Shown here: positions 46,623 to 63,684 of the stretch, piece after piece
Position numbering within the stretch: the first letter of the stretch is position 1
Layout of the letters: each line of letters starts with the position of its first letter
NCBI GenBank assembly: GCA_000320545.1
Contig: ADNK01001243.1
Span: forward strand, 25,150 to 89,149
Direction: 5' to 3'
Source of the DNA: Bigelowiella natans CCMP2755
Lineage: Eukaryota > Protista > Cercozoa
DNA length: 64,000 bases
Translations under genes and position numbers: made by a program
The notes under the pieces: generated by a model
Database searches by the model: none
Seen by the model: the letters and a program-made list of their open reading frames with translations, nothing else
What the model was told of the DNA's origin: nothing

Positions 46623-46688
46623 CGGAAAATTTTAAACATTTCATTACATCCGTCTCATATATGAGACGGATGTAAGCGAAATATTTAA

Positions 46689-46727
<39 letters not shown>

Positions 46728-47400
46728 ATATTAGGATGACAATTGAAAAAAGTTGAAATTTTTTTAACATTTCATTACATCCGTATATGAGACGGATGTA
46801 ATGAAAGATTTAAATTTTTTCAATGGTCATCCTAATGTAGCTACATCCGTATTATGTGTGAGACGGATGTAATGAACAAATTAAATTTTTTCAATGGTCA
46901 TCCTGATGTAGCAGCTGTGCAATGCAGCGGCTACAGCGCTAATGTTGTGTCTGTTGGTTTCTGCCACAATGTGTTTCATGCATGTGAAAGCATCCTCTTT
47001 CGACCGATGATGTCGCGCATTGCGAGCAACAATTCTCAATTCTTTTTCAGCCTTGGTCAGCAGCTTCGTCTCGTCATTGCGGTTCATGATGGCGCTCATT
47101 TGATTGCGCAATCTGATTTGTTGTCGATTGTGTGTATGTTCATAGCTTGACATTATTGTGCTAGCATGTGTGCGTCGCCAGTGATTGTGCGCGTGGCTAC
47201 ATGTGCATGCATGCACAATGAGAGTAAGAGTGACTACTGCTTCCTGCAGATGCAGGAGACAATACTGTACATACTAGCGTAGCGTAGTGCCTTGCATATA
47301 GGTCGACGTAGGGCTGCTGCGCGTTGCATGCTAGCATGCGCGTTGTTTTGTTTGATGTTTCTTCACTACTTTTATGTTTTAAAACGCTGCTGTGTACATT
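46060..47400. repeat. Cluster of head-to-head GAGACGGATG-family ends around (TA)n/(TG)n, with degenerate flanks
   Basis: Copies at ~46620, 46644-46675, 46770-46850 and 46858-46940 in both orientations. Confidence 0.8.
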
Positions 47401-47597
47401 TACCAGATGAAAATTGTGTCAGTTGTTTTTCATTTCCTGCTCTTTTTTTGTCGTTATACTCGGATTAGGAACACCTAGACGCATGCCTACATAGCCCACG
47501 TCCCTAAGAAGTGGCACGGTCAGATCATAAATTAAAAATATATGGGAGGATTATGTTCGGAAGAAAAGTTTCTATAGATGGATAAATAAAAAATACG

Positions 47598-48291
47598 CTA
47601 AATATTGTTTACACGATGTATATCTAACCGCAGTCGCGTCGGTTCGGCCGCTTCAGTAGGTTTAACTTCCATGACTAAGGACTTGAAACTATATGGTTCG
47701 TTTTCAGCAAGCTCCGCCAACATCTGGACAGTATGAAAATTATGTTCTAAATGAAGGTATAAGTAATGGATCGCACTGATGAAGTGAACAAACCTTTCTA
47801 TTTAAGCCAATACTAGATTCCTTGAGTGCACAGATGAAACGATTGTAAGGAACTCCATGCTGTCTCGCACCTGAATTGTACTTTATTAGATTACTCTCTT
47901 TCAATTAGGCTCTCTATCGACATGAAATCAGGGGGGAATAAGACTCGAGGAGTGTATCAGCTGCACCTGCATTTATTTTCTGGATCCAAACTTCTCTGTT
48001 GTCCCTCTTCTTCAGCTTTCTTCCCTTATAGGCATGCTGTGGGTGGAACGAAGACACAAAAATTATTAATTAGTTTCAAATATTAACGCAACTTTATTGT
48101 TCCATGCGGGATGAAAAACCTGCAGGCTCTTTTCGACGCGGTTCCTTGCAATTCGATGGCAATTTTTTGCCCGGCCTCGAAAGCCCTTGGCGAATTTGTA
48201 GACGAGACTCTTGTTCTTTGAAGTAATGAGGTTTAAATCAATTTTAAGCAAGCATTCATTCTATTACAGAGACGGGTACCATTCCACTCAT
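47598..48291 (-). CDS. rpl20: Organellar (probably mitochondrial) ribosomal protein bL20, nuclear multi-exon gene
   Basis: FAKGFRGRAKNCHRIARNRVEKSLQ|HAYKGRKLKKRDNREVWIQKINA|RQHGVPYNRFI...IGLNRK|MLAELAENEPYSFKSLV. Confidence 0.92.
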
Positions 48292-48921
48292 GGTAATAAG
48301 CGGTAAGCCTTTAGCAGAGTGCTATCTGTGTAGGGGATAGACTAGGCCTGGCCTGGTGCGTCCCTGAACCGATCTAATTCCGCCGGGGGAATCCCGGGTA
48401 ATCTCGGGGCTTATTACAGCGAAAAAAAATGTTGCTGCACTGTTGTTTCTATTCGCATCCTTGACTTCCCAGCTATGTTCATTCATCGAAGTGATTTCAT
48501 AATGGATGTTGTCTCATAACATGTTGTAAATAAATAATTGGATTTCTATAGAAGGTTACCAGCCGTAAACTTCTAAATCTATTAGAATCATAATTATTGT
48601 TGTCATTGTTGTTGTTGTATTTATTGAAACAATACTTCTCGGGAAATATCGGGAAATTATTGATGTTCTTTTATAATCCTCTGACCTGCTACTACTACTA
48701 CTACTACTACCAAACCTCCGAACCACACGGCAGCAGCCAAGAAGAGGAAGAGGAAGAAGAAGAAAAAGAAGAAGAAGAAGAAGAAGAAGAAGGATACAGG
48801 AGGATACAGGAGAAGGAGAGAGAGGAAGGAAAGAAAAAATCAACAACAACAACAAGAAGAATATCAATCGAAGTCTTCACGTGTTCCAACCTCCTTTTTA
48901 AACCGGTATCGAAGGAGCACC

Positions 48922-51610
<2,689 letters not shown>

Positions 51611-51873
51611 CTGCTGTGCTACACTGAAACGACATCTCCTGAATGATGAAGCACAAGTCCTTTATGACTAATCAGGCGTAGGTTACCAGATATTTTCGTG
51701 CTGCGTTTCGATGCATCTAATAATGCCATTCTCGCGTGCGTGCACACCTTGAGGGCGTATTTATACTCTATTTATTTCCGGGTGACACTTACTACATAGA
51801 ATCCGTTAGACCACTTATCTGTAGTGTGTAAATGTGTAACATGTAGCGGCGGCTATTGTCCCGTTAGAAATGT

Positions 51874-54860
51874 GTGAGACGGGTGTAATGAAGTGATTAA
51901 TCTTTTCAATAGTTATCCTAATGTAGCTATGCAAAGCAGCGGCTACAGCGCTTAGGTTGCATCCATTTGTCTCGTCCATTATGTGTGCTAAACGTTGTGT
52001 CTGTCATGGGTCATGGGGCGGTGTGTGTCATTAGGGCTAAGTCAAAAGTCGCTGCTTGATGCAAGTTGGAACTTTCCCCCGGGTGTGCGTTGGCGCCGCG
52101 CACGCTACTAGGCTAGCTTGAAGCATGCTAGCATGTGCCAAGTGAAATGCGCCGCTGGCGGATTTTTGGCTCGCTGCTCTAGTGCTGTGTGTGAGCGTGC
52201 TAGTTTGGTTCCTTGCATGTCACGATGTGTGCAATCACTCTGCAGAACTCCTGCCTAGCTGCGCAACCAGACCAGCACAAGTGCAGCTGCTTGCTGTGGC
52301 TTGCGCGCGATCGATCATCCATGTTTTTCAACACGAATCTGTGAGGAATGTCATGTCACATCACCTGTCATGATTGTGTGTGATCGTTTGTGCTAGCTGC
52401 ATGTGTGTTTTGCATCGCACAATGAGCTTGTGCACTTTGCTGGTCACGCACATTGCTAGCTGTGGGATGATGGACACAGCATGCAATGTGGTGCGCACAT
52501 CACACACGTGTCACATTGCATGTCCATCACAATGCATGGACACAGCAACATGGTGCACACTAGCACACATCGCGTGCACGTGTCACATTACATGTCCATC
52601 ATTGGGTTCAGAAATTTCAGGTACATCCAGAGGTGCAGGTTCACGTGGCATGGCAATGACACAGTGAAAACACAACACACGCACGATCTTGCTTCACACC
52701 ACACCAGCACCACACTCTGATCCACGGACATGCGCAGTTGTCCGCAAATTGAGAGGGAAGGAAGCGTGTTGGAATGCAAGCTTTCTTGAACAGCAGGGAA
52801 CATTGAATCGACTTTCAGACCACTCGTTGTTGTCTGCACGCATGGATCGGACTGATCCTCGCTCCGCTGTTCCTGGAAACTTGAACTTGACCATCAAAGC
52901 CAGAGTGCGGAAATGGCCACAGCTAGACAGAGTGCTCTTGCTGGAAAAAATTGATTGTGATCGCACGATCTCTCTGCAATCCTCTTGAGCTCTTTTGCAA
53001 AGCGAGCACGGACAGACTCATTGAACTCCGACTAGCCAGGCGTGTGTCGACAGTGATGCAGGCCAGTGGGTGGTCTGCTGGAGTGCAGACACCTCGATGT
53101 TTCGCGAGTCGCAACAGTTGATGCTCACAGCACGTTTTTTTCCCAGAGGCTCACAGGAACTCCTTTTGCACTCGTGCATGGGTTGTTCCATCCCCAAGCA
53201 ACGTGCCTGGAAGCAAACGCCGCTTTGCAAACGAACAAGAGTGGAAGAATGAAGTGATTCCAATGGCTCAGCCGAAGGTGTCAGAAGAAGAAGAAAGAAG
53301 TGTTTGCATGTGCAGGACTGTTGTTGTGGATGAAGTGAAACCACATTGACAGAGCACGCTGATTTTCGCGCCCTCAGTGGAAGAGTCCAGCCATGAACGT
53401 GGAAAGCGAAAGGAGAAAGAATCGAAAGAACAGTTTGTGGATTGCAGGCGAGGACCCGGATTGAAAGCGAACGAACGAGTGAGTGAAGCAATCCAAACGG
53501 TGCTTGATTGATCGATTGATTGATTGATTCACGCACAACTTCGACACTTCAGGCACTCAGGCGCAATCACCTTGCGTGACACAAGTCGTGCTGCCATGAG
53601 TGAGTGAACGAAGCGGTGCAGCTGCTGAGAACAATGCTTGAATGAGAACAATGATGAAAAACCAGGTTTGCAAAGTGTGACAAGACACTTGCATTGCACG
53701 AAGTGCAGTGCCTCGAACTGGCTTCAGTGAGGACTGAAAACTGTGCCTCGAACCAACTTTGGCCAGTGAGAACCAACGCGTGAAACAAAAAGAGACCAAT
53801 GAGAGTGGCACTCTGCTAGTCTGGCCACTCCTCCACTCCCAGTTTCATTGTCTTTTGTGCCTGATCTCTGCCAACTTCAGGACACGACTTCTTTTTGCTT
53901 TTTGCACCCCGAAATCCTGCTGTCGTGGTTTTGTCACTTTTGGAGATTGCCAAGCAAGAACACCACACCTTCAAACCCCAAGCGAGCAATCCCACGGACC
54001 ACACCTTCGTGGTCCACTTGGATGCACAAGCTTCACGCCAACACGCCAACACGCCAACCACAACATCCCCGGATTTTGCGGAGACATTGCCCCTGCTGGA
54101 TGGCATGAAGTTGGAGGAGGACACACTCTTCCTTCTCAGTCCACTTGCGGATGACGAGCTTCGCGTTGACCACAACATCCCCGGCTTTTGCGGAGACATT
54201 GCCCCCATCAATTTGCAATTAGAAGCACGAGCTTCACGCCAACCACAACGTCCCCAGCTTTTGCGGAGACATTGCCCGTGCTGGATGGCATGAAGTTGGA
54301 GGAGGACACACGCATCCTGACGGGAGGAACCACCCGGGATGAATCTCAGACACAGGTCCGAACATCCTTCACTTGCTAGCTTGGCAACCAAGTCACCGGT
54401 GGCTAGCCCCCACCGATGAACAGGAATGTGGTTCAGGGATGAGGGGAAAAGCCACCCTCGCAACCGAACCCCCCCCCCGCCCGTCACCACTTCGGCGGAT
54501 GCAACTTTGAATCTTGAGTGCAGATCCAAACACCCTTGATCTGGCAACCGAGTCACCGGTGGCTGGGGCGACACGTCTGTCCATCCCACCAGTGAACGAG
54601 AATGTGGTTTGTGGGTGGGAGGAAAAACCACCCTGGTGACCGAAAACCCCCGCCCATTGCCGCATCGCGTGCCGCATCGGCGAACGATGAATGTGAAGAA
54701 GAAGAAGAATGGGAAGAAAGCATTGTGATTGAATGAATCGATTCCAAGCTAGGATTGTGCAGAGCGCGTTGATTGCCGAGACCTCTGTGATCACCTACTC
54801 GATCAGGGTCAGGGTGAGGGCTTGGTGCATTGAACATTGAACATTGAACAAAGCATTGAG
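51874..54860. mobile_element. Heavily TpA-depleted degenerate repeat/TE block beginning with a GAGACGG-family end; internal tandem duplications
   Basis: Almost no TA except CTAG over ~2.8 kb; unit CACAAC..CCC...TTTTGCGGAGACATTGCCC occurs 3 times at 54058-54310. Confidence 0.6.
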
Positions 54861-54899
54861 ATCAAAACCACTGCACATGCTTGGTGGTAGGATTCAGGG

Positions 54900-55339
54900 T
54901 TTGGGGTTTGTTCTACTTCGTTCTGTCCAGCTGCGACAACGGTAAACCCATGCTGCGACAAGGGTAAATCCATGTCGCAGCTGGAAAACCCCCTACTACT
55001 CCCAGGAGGACATAATACCACTGCCCGTTACCATCCACGTTACAAGACTCGTGCAAACCAACATGATGATAAGTAGGGCTCCTCCATGGAGTACGGATGA
55101 ATGAGCTATTAGTTTCAGGCAACAGCGATGGAATTTGAATGCGACAACCTCCTAAACCTCTGTAGAAGAGCAGAGAAGTAATCCATTGATGATTCGTGTT
55201 TCGGTCCAATCCGATGCAAACGGATTCCTCATCTTGTTCTGCCTCTCTCAATCCCTTCGATCGATATGCTTCCCCTTTTGGCTCCTCATTTCTTCCCTCA
55301 CTTTCTCTCTTTCTCACTTTCTCTCTTTCTCACTTTCTT

Positions 55340-55394
<55 letters not shown>

Positions 55395-55838
55395 CCATCT
55401 CTCTCTTTCTCTTTCTTTCCCATTCCCCTCTGCATTGGTGATATTTTCCTATTCAGCATTGACTTATTCTCAACTCCCACGAATAAGACCACATCTCCAT
55501 TGGGAGGTACCTGCACAAACATGAATGTGCTGGTGGGAGATTGTATTTTCACATGATTTCACTATGCACGAATTTGTTGCGTGAATGACTTCGTCTGTGA
55601 GAGTATGAAAGTCTCCTATCACATCTGCGTTTATCAGGTTTTGTCAGTATAGGGGTACTTTTTGGTATGATGGCTGTCGTCACAGTTGGAATCATGGTAC
55701 ATCGAACTTCGCTAACCAAGTGCGTATGCATTCTTTAGTCTTATGCTGAAGTATGTTCAGAATATGGCCGCGGAAACTCAGACAGTATCTAGGCTTCCAG
55801 CTCTGGTGCACATTCTGCGAATTTGCGAACAGATTACA

Positions 55839-55901
<63 letters not shown>

Positions 55902-56412
55902 GATTTATGATGATTTGACTGATCAGGCTTCACACGATGCATACAGTTGCCCGCCAATAATGTTTACGGTACGTACATACCAACAACACCTCAAATCCTG
56001 CATCCTTCACCCAGAAGGCACATATGATATATACGACTGATGATGGCATTAGGCATTGCTTGGCCGTGAATTGTGGAATGACAGCTCCTTGATCACTGTT
56101 AAGTTTTCGCAGCGAGTGGTGAGGCAACACTTATGTGCAGCACTGACACAACAATTTATATTATGGTCTTAATTGCTTATGCATACGTATGGTTTGTATG
56201 TCAATTTACGGGAGAGCAACAGTATATACATAAATTGTAAAGCGCATATCGACACTCTACTCATCCGCGTGCACGGCACTTAGATCTACGAAGCAGACTC
56301 CAACCCAGACAAACCGAGGTACTGATTCTCATTCAATTGCTTAAAATTAACTCTGCTGTCGTTGAGGCTGGCTAGTTTTACAACTTACCGAACATACATC
56401 AACACAGGCGTC

Positions 56413-56452
<40 letters not shown>

Positions 56453-56618
56453 GAGAGAGAGAGAGAGAGAGCTCACGAATAAGAACACGCTTGTGTATTT
56501 GGTCACTGAATCTCCTTTTCTCCCTCAGAGAGAAAATAAAAATCAAATCCTTTCCGTGTAGCATCCAGAACGGGTACTCAAAAGCTGTTCAGGGGTATAA
56601 AATTATAATCATCATTAC

Positions 56619-56649
<31 letters not shown>

Positions 56650-56953
56650 TCAACACCTTGAAATATGACTGACTACCCTTGAGAGAACAATCAGCATAAT
56701 GTGATCATATAATCTATTGTGATACTATCTTCTTTAACCAACAGATGGTGTCCTGAACATCGAGGAGAAGTGCTTGGGGAGTATAGTAGCTATGAATACC
56801 GGTAATACTAGCACAACAATGCTTACAATGTTGGTGGATATACTGATGTTGCTACAGGTTGTATGTATATGTGCAAGTGCGTACTTATTTAGATCCACCA
56901 CGCTTTTTTTTTAACTTTACAGATGCGTGGCATGTAGATGTTATATGTGTGTT

Positions 56954-56996
<43 letters not shown>

Positions 56997-57017
56997 TGTG
57001 ACTCAAAATTCAATATA

Positions 57018-57058
<41 letters not shown>

Positions 57059-57830
57059 GTATATCGTATCTGTATTTATGTGCGTGTGTGTATGTTCGCA
57101 CGCCTGTTCCTCAGATATTTGAACGTGGTTTTGGAAGCGGCAGCTGGCGCTAATATCACTCACCTAAGGGTAGCAATTTTTTTCCAAGTTGTAGTCTCAA
57201 ATAAACGAGAATACTTATACACAGGAAGTGTTAAAGGACGTGTCTGTCAATCTATGGATATACGAAAAGAAATCTCGAAAGTAAATTTAAAGAAAAAAAT
57301 GCTCACATCCCAAAGCGCACACGCAACATAAAGTTGTCATAGCATCATATGCATCTTCGACTTCTGAAAAAAAAATCTACTTTTGTCAAATCGCAGCTAT
57401 GCTATTTGGAGGAGCAATGTGTACATGACATATGAACCTCAAACATGGATTGGGGCAGAGGTAAGCTTTTATTAGATTCTAATAACCATTCTTAAATATC
57501 ACGTGTAGTAGTAGTAGTAGTACTACTACTACTAATGTGAGTACAGCTTTTATGCATTGGAGTATGATGTGATTCAAAGTCGGCTGCTGCTGCTGCTGCG
57601 GTTCCAAACTGCTACCAAATCCAGGTGTATATGCACAAAGTTCTCAGCACGAAGTATGATTGGTTGGGATTGGCAGATACACAGGTATTATTTACATGGC
57701 CACCACATACGCATGGAAAGACAACACTGCATGAGAACAGAGAATGGAGTCGACCCGCATTTGTCCACTGGTACATGATGATGATGATGATGATGATGAT
57801 GACGACGACGACGATGAACCCGTAATAGGA
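54900..57830 (+). CDS. Possible multi-exon hypothetical membrane-anchored protein
   Basis: Short candidate exons between microsatellite introns, including a TM-like GFVSIGVLFGMMAVVTVGIM (~55637-55696). Weak support. Confidence 0.25.
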
Positions 57831-59183
57831 ATACAAGAAAATGAAGGACTACGAAGTACGCCGAAAAGCAGATCAGATCGACACCGATGGAGAGATTTTT
57901 AAGGTAATTTTATTGTGGATATATGAAGAGGTTATAGCAAAGGCTAAGCTGTGCTCCTCCCTCAGTTCTATATCCGCGCTGATGCTGAAGAGACGCATGA
58001 AACGGTCAGCATGCGATTCTGTTAGGAGAAGTTGCCTGCTTAATAGAGAAAAGCGCGTTGATCAGCAGAAGTTAACTGCAGTTTGAATAAGTTCTTGACA
58101 ACTCGCCAACCAACCAGCACTTGTTCTAATAAGTTTAAGATTTTACTTAGCTCTCTCTAGTCTTTCATTCAATATATTTAACATTAATTTCCATATCTTC
58201 TTTGGTGTTAATGTCGCTTTGCTTTGCTCAATTTTACTCGATGGGTTGGATGAATTTGCCGTGTGAAGATCCAGACCTACAGTCTCTCAGTTTTCGCCGC
58301 TTTTGTAGGAGGTTTCAAATTCTTTTAAAATAAAATAATAATGTGTACATGATATTAAAAACTATTTGATTATCAATGGCTTTAATGTGATGAGGAAGGG
58401 TTGCACTGGATTGTTATCGTGTTGTTGTTGTTGTTGTTGATGATGATGATGGTGATAACAGTAATGGTATTAATCAGGTGTATGGTCAATAGCCGCCGCT
58501 ACAATAGGATCGTTTGTGATAGTGTAAACAACAATTTCTCACTTTCTCTCATTTTTGTCACATTGTATAAGTCAGAAAGAGAATACACCAGATTAAAGTA
58601 CTACACTCTTATATCAATGATGAAAATATTGTAGATTGTATAGGAAGATAATTAGCCGCGACTGGTGATGTGTTGATTTCCCAGGTACAATTCGCGACTG
58701 GCGACAAAACGTAAAAATGACCGTCGGGGCACAGCGGTGATATAATTATCATTTTTTGGTGCATGCTTGCGTTAGGCTGACCGCTGATGTATGAATGCGC
58801 GCGCTTAACCAGGCATTAATATTGTCGTCTCCGGAGGCCACAGAAATTTTCAAGATGATAAAAGATAAAATTTTCGAAGACTTCAAGAAGAGAGATGGTA
58901 AGAATAAATACAGGCACTGAAAACACTGCTTTCTTACCTACAGACTTATGATATACACGTGTAAGCTTTTTAGCTATATATTTACTCATTTTGGCCAATT
59001 TGGTATCATCTTCAATATTGATGCTGATGGGCTTTTATATCCTTAACAATCGTAGATATAAAGACTACCAAAGGGAAAGGGCGGTCCAATTCAGATTCGA
59101 AATATCGTCAATTTAAGAACATGAGGAAAGCGGCATTAAAGAGTACAACGAAAAAATCATGTTTGTACACTCATGTGTGTGTG

Positions 59184-59239
<56 letters not shown>

Positions 59240-59733
59240 ATATGTATTACGTACAAGCTTGATAGATTAAACTACGCATGAATCTGACGAAGTGTTGAAC
59301 AGGGTTCGAAAGTCAGAAAGGCATCAAGGCGAGAGACTATGAGAAACAGGATATCTTTGCCCTTGGAGGAAAAGATGGTCGCAACTCTGAAGAGACAAAG
59401 ACTTCATCAAGCAAACCACATGTAGAGCTATCAAGCCCAGTCCTGAAGGAGGTACATGGGGCAGCATGAGTATCAGAACTGAAACCCAGTACTATCCTGA
59501 CTTCTACTTTTATCGTTATGTCTCTATTGCTATTACTTTACAGGACCTCGACCAAGCCACGCCATCTAGTATTCATCATCATGAACCGTTGCACGAAGGA
59601 AGATCATCTTCTCCATCCTCTCTTAGCCATAACGATCCCTCCTATAGTAACTTCAGAATTTCATTGTAACTGAACAACATGTACATCTTCTCATTATGTA
59701 AACGTAGTACAGAATGTAATCTTTTGTATGTTC

Positions 59734-60206
59734 TGGACGGATGTCATTGCAAATCTGCTAGACATAATGTGTGCTTATGATGATGACAAAATGTATGCGA
59801 GATCAGTCTCGATAGTTTTGCCGAGCAGCTGATAGCACATGACGTTGAAAACCCAATAATCAGTACGTCGTGCGCGCACAAAGATGCTGCCTCGCGATGG
59901 GTGAACGCAGAGCAATGGAGGCCAATCGCTGTCACTGCATGCTTTGCTATATGGCGGCGAATGCGCTCACTGTCACATCTTCCGGCATTGACGCTTGGCG
60001 GAGTCGTGCACGCACGCATAAGGGCGTTGCACTAGCATGTGCACTCACATCGAACACATCACGATGCATCCGTCTTGCTAGCGTGTGCACTCACATCGTA
60101 TATGTCACGATACAATGAAACAATTCTTGAACAATGTACAGCACACAGTCACAACTGTATAAGGATGACTATTGAACAAATTTGATTGATGAATTGCATC
60201 CGTCTT
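59734..60206. mobile_element. MITE-like degenerate element with inverted GACGGATG ends
   Basis: GACGGATGTCATT at ~59736 and AGGATGACTATTGAA...GCATCCGTC at 60161-60205 (reverse family end); TA-poor interior. Confidence 0.5.
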
Positions 60207-60448
60207 ACATTCCTGCCTATCACTAGATCCAAGCGGTGCGCATGAATTATTGTCCATATTTCATTTATTTAGTAATAAACATCTTGCATGAAGACATCAA
60301 GTAATAACAGATTGTTCGATCTTCCTCTATGGCAATGGTAGACATACAGGCCGTAGTTTAAGTTGCTAGATTTCTGTTATTGCAGCAGTACAGTCATGCA
60401 TAACCCTAATGAAATTCAGATATGTATCATAAGCGATAAGTTATTATT

Positions 60449-61503
60449 TTACCCCCCCCTCTTTTTTGCGAACCATTGTCTTCTAAAGATCTCCGGATTC
60501 TTAGGAGAAGTTAACACCGGTTCTCCATCATCGATGTCGTTCGAGACAATAGCAAGGAAATCAACCGATGGAGTCAACTCACGTATTGAAGTAGGCACCG
60601 TAACAAACGAGTCATTTATAGCCTTATTCCAGCAGAATAAAATGACCAAAATTAGAACTAATCTTTGTGAAGGTGTAAAGGGCAAATTCACGTGCAAGCT
60701 CAATTCCCCGTTTTTCTTCTTCTTCTTCTTCTTCTTCTTCTTCTTCTTCTTCTAATATCACGATAATTATTATCGTACGTACATCTTCTGGAACCACTCG
60801 CCCAGTTGAACGGGCCCTTCTTTTAACACGGTCTTTTATCTTGTCCAGCGAGGCTTTTATGTACACAATTGCTATTCTGTATTCTGGGAAATGCTTGCGT
60901 AACTACAAAGAAGAACAAGTATTGTTGTGCAGCATTCTCGATGAATAATTCGAATGGCGAAATGTGAAACCACCACAAGTAGTGTCCTGCACTTAACAAT
61001 ATACAACTAAGAGTGCAGAGCACAATCAACTATTCAGAGTTCAATGCTATCAATTAAATTTAAGGGAAATCAAATTTCGTCGTTATCATTACTACCTTTA
61101 AAAAGCTCTCAGTGTACCATTGGTAGTCTCTCATCGTCCCATCGATTAAAACGTTATGGTTTCTACCGTTGTAAATTATGTTATTTGGTTTATCAAACTA
61201 GGTTCGTAGACGATGTATGATCGACTCTTTCAAACGAACTCACACAATCTAGCGATGATAATGCAACTAGTACCAACTATATCGGATTTCATGAAGAACA
61301 TGATTTCATGTGGTACTTCAACTAGTACATGTTGTAGGTATTGTTATTAACACCTTCTGAGGGCTTCTTGAACCAAGATTTCTGATATCATTCCAGTCTC
61401 GCGATTTGTCAACCTCGCTGCCCTTAATGGACATGCTTCTATATACCTAATTATTTATAAAGAGAAGAATATTCGAAAATGATACGAAATTATCCACGAT
61501 TCA

Positions 61504-61546
<43 letters not shown>

Positions 61547-61623
61547 CTAAGTAAAAATAGCACAGCTGAATTATGTAGTATATACTCGGTGGTGTTTAGC
61601 CTACATAAACAACTGATATATCT

Positions 61624-61662
<39 letters not shown>

Positions 61663-63086
61663 TAACCCGTTCCACTCAGGTAGCTTCTCTCTGATCTCGT
61701 CTGGATCGACCCAAATAAACGATGACAAAGGAAAAAGATTTTTACGGGCTAGCCACTTCATCGTGTAACCCTTTCCACTTCCCATCGCGCCAGCGGTGAA
61801 TACAATCTGATGTATGTGTCTCTATGTGTTTGTGTGTTTGTGTTTGTGTGGGTGGGAACTGTATTCCTAAAATTAGGGTTATTGTATTGCAAATGAGTGA
61901 GCTGGGATCGTAATGTCTGTATCCGCTGCTACCCATCGTGATGCGTTGCAAAGAGAGAGTTGCTTCGTATATTTTCGAGAAGAGCGTCCTTGCTCCTTCA
62001 ATATGTTGAGGATTATCCGATCCTAACAACGGTAATAGTGAGAGCTTTGAATCATATATATTGGACAGAGCTATTCGTATTCATGCGAAAACCTGTAATC
62101 TGCGCCGATCGTCTTCATAGTTCGAATGATATGAGTAGTCTAGTTTCTCTCGAGAAGAGCTGAAGGGCCCGGCAAATCTCTGTAGCAGATAAAATACAAG
62201 CGCCACCATCTCAGATTTATGCGACATTGTTGTTTTCATTGCATACAGTGGAGTTGACGGCGTAGATCTCGTGAGTCGACTTGCTGCAGTCATACTCTGT
62301 GCGTTGCACAAACTTTTCTGGGAAGAGTTCTCGATCAGAGGTCGCAGGTACACCGTGTTGGCACATATTTCGCAAGTTACGTCGATGACGGTCGGTGATC
62401 CTCCTGGCGCTGCTGCTGCATGACCGAATGCGGGGGAACAACTTAGAGGAGTGATGGCGGAAATACGATGACGATGTTCTGGGTTGGCATAAGTTTCTAA
62501 CGTTTCCAGATGCCGATAAGATATCACAGGTCACCACGCTCCCAATCTGTAAGCGTTAGTCTCAACTTCAACATGACACATTAGTATCAAGCACGCCAGA
62601 ATGATGATCCACTTTCGGAGCAGCATATTTTAACAGAAACATACATGAGAGAAGACAAATTAGTGATATGTAAAGTATTAATACCCCTTCTATATATAAT
62701 ATATTACTTATTTTATGCTGACCTTCACAATGAGTGCGAGTAAAACTAGGAAAGGAATCATGTAGTATCGTGGTGACGGACGCTGCGAGATCAATCAAAA
62801 CCCAGTCTTGGTGATGATGCCCAATAAAATCTCGATCGAGGGTGTTGGATCTAAGATAAATAAGCTATTCGAAGATTGTGGTATAAAATAGAGGCAGACA
62901 AGGCGCGCAGGGCACCATCCGGCCCAGCACAATGCATCTTCCACGAATTCGGAATGTGATGAACCCGAAGAGTAGTGGGTAGCAGCAACCCTTTAATCGG
63001 CACCGAAAAAAAAAATGTGGAAATATTTTGTTCAGGAGATTCATCAGATAGAATCTCTGAGGAATCTCCGACATGTTAGAACGCAT
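60449..63086 (-). CDS. Zeta-toxin-like P-loop kinase family protein, multi-exon; 5' end uncertain
   Basis: IVFTAGAMGSGKG, VDPDEIREKLPEW, LTNRETGMISEIL, NVLIDGTMRD, RVKRRARSTGRVVP. Confidence 0.8.
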
Positions 63087-63621
63087 TTCAAGAGTTAAGT
63101 TTGCGACGCTCGCCAGATAGCCGCTCTTTTTAGAAACCGATGTTCTGTCTCGATTTCGCGTGAAAAAAACAGTCTTAGGATTTATTTATCCTGTTTTTGG
63201 GGTGATATATTGTGAATTCCGTGTGTTTGGTAATCTGAAGAAAACCTTGGTTTGCCCTTGTTCTTGGATTGCTCACGTCAAAACTCCTTGCCCGTCCCGT
63301 CTATCAAGAAGAGGACTCAAAGGAGAGGGAAGAAACAACTTAAACTCTCCACATCAAGAAATCCAGGAATCATTCTCGGCGGGCTTGCGTGCGTCCGGAG
63401 AAAAAGGGATTTTGATTTATGGCTCCCTTCCACCTTGGACTTCGAATCTGCGATGCACTCCAAAACTTAGGGATAGTTGATGCCGACGAGTGTGAGATCA
63501 TCTCCTCAAGTAGTACTCATCACTTTCATTTTTGTCAAGCACCTGCACTCATGGGTCTAGGGGTGTGGGGGTTGATAATGTGAGAATATACTACGTTCAA
63601 CATCACGCGCACACATACACA

Positions 63622-63684
<63 letters not shown>

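Noticed and set aside
60449-63086. Bacterial epsilon-zeta toxin-antitoxin operon or contamination
   Set aside because: The gene is split by spliceosomal introns containing host-type microsatellites, and no antitoxin ORF is evident.
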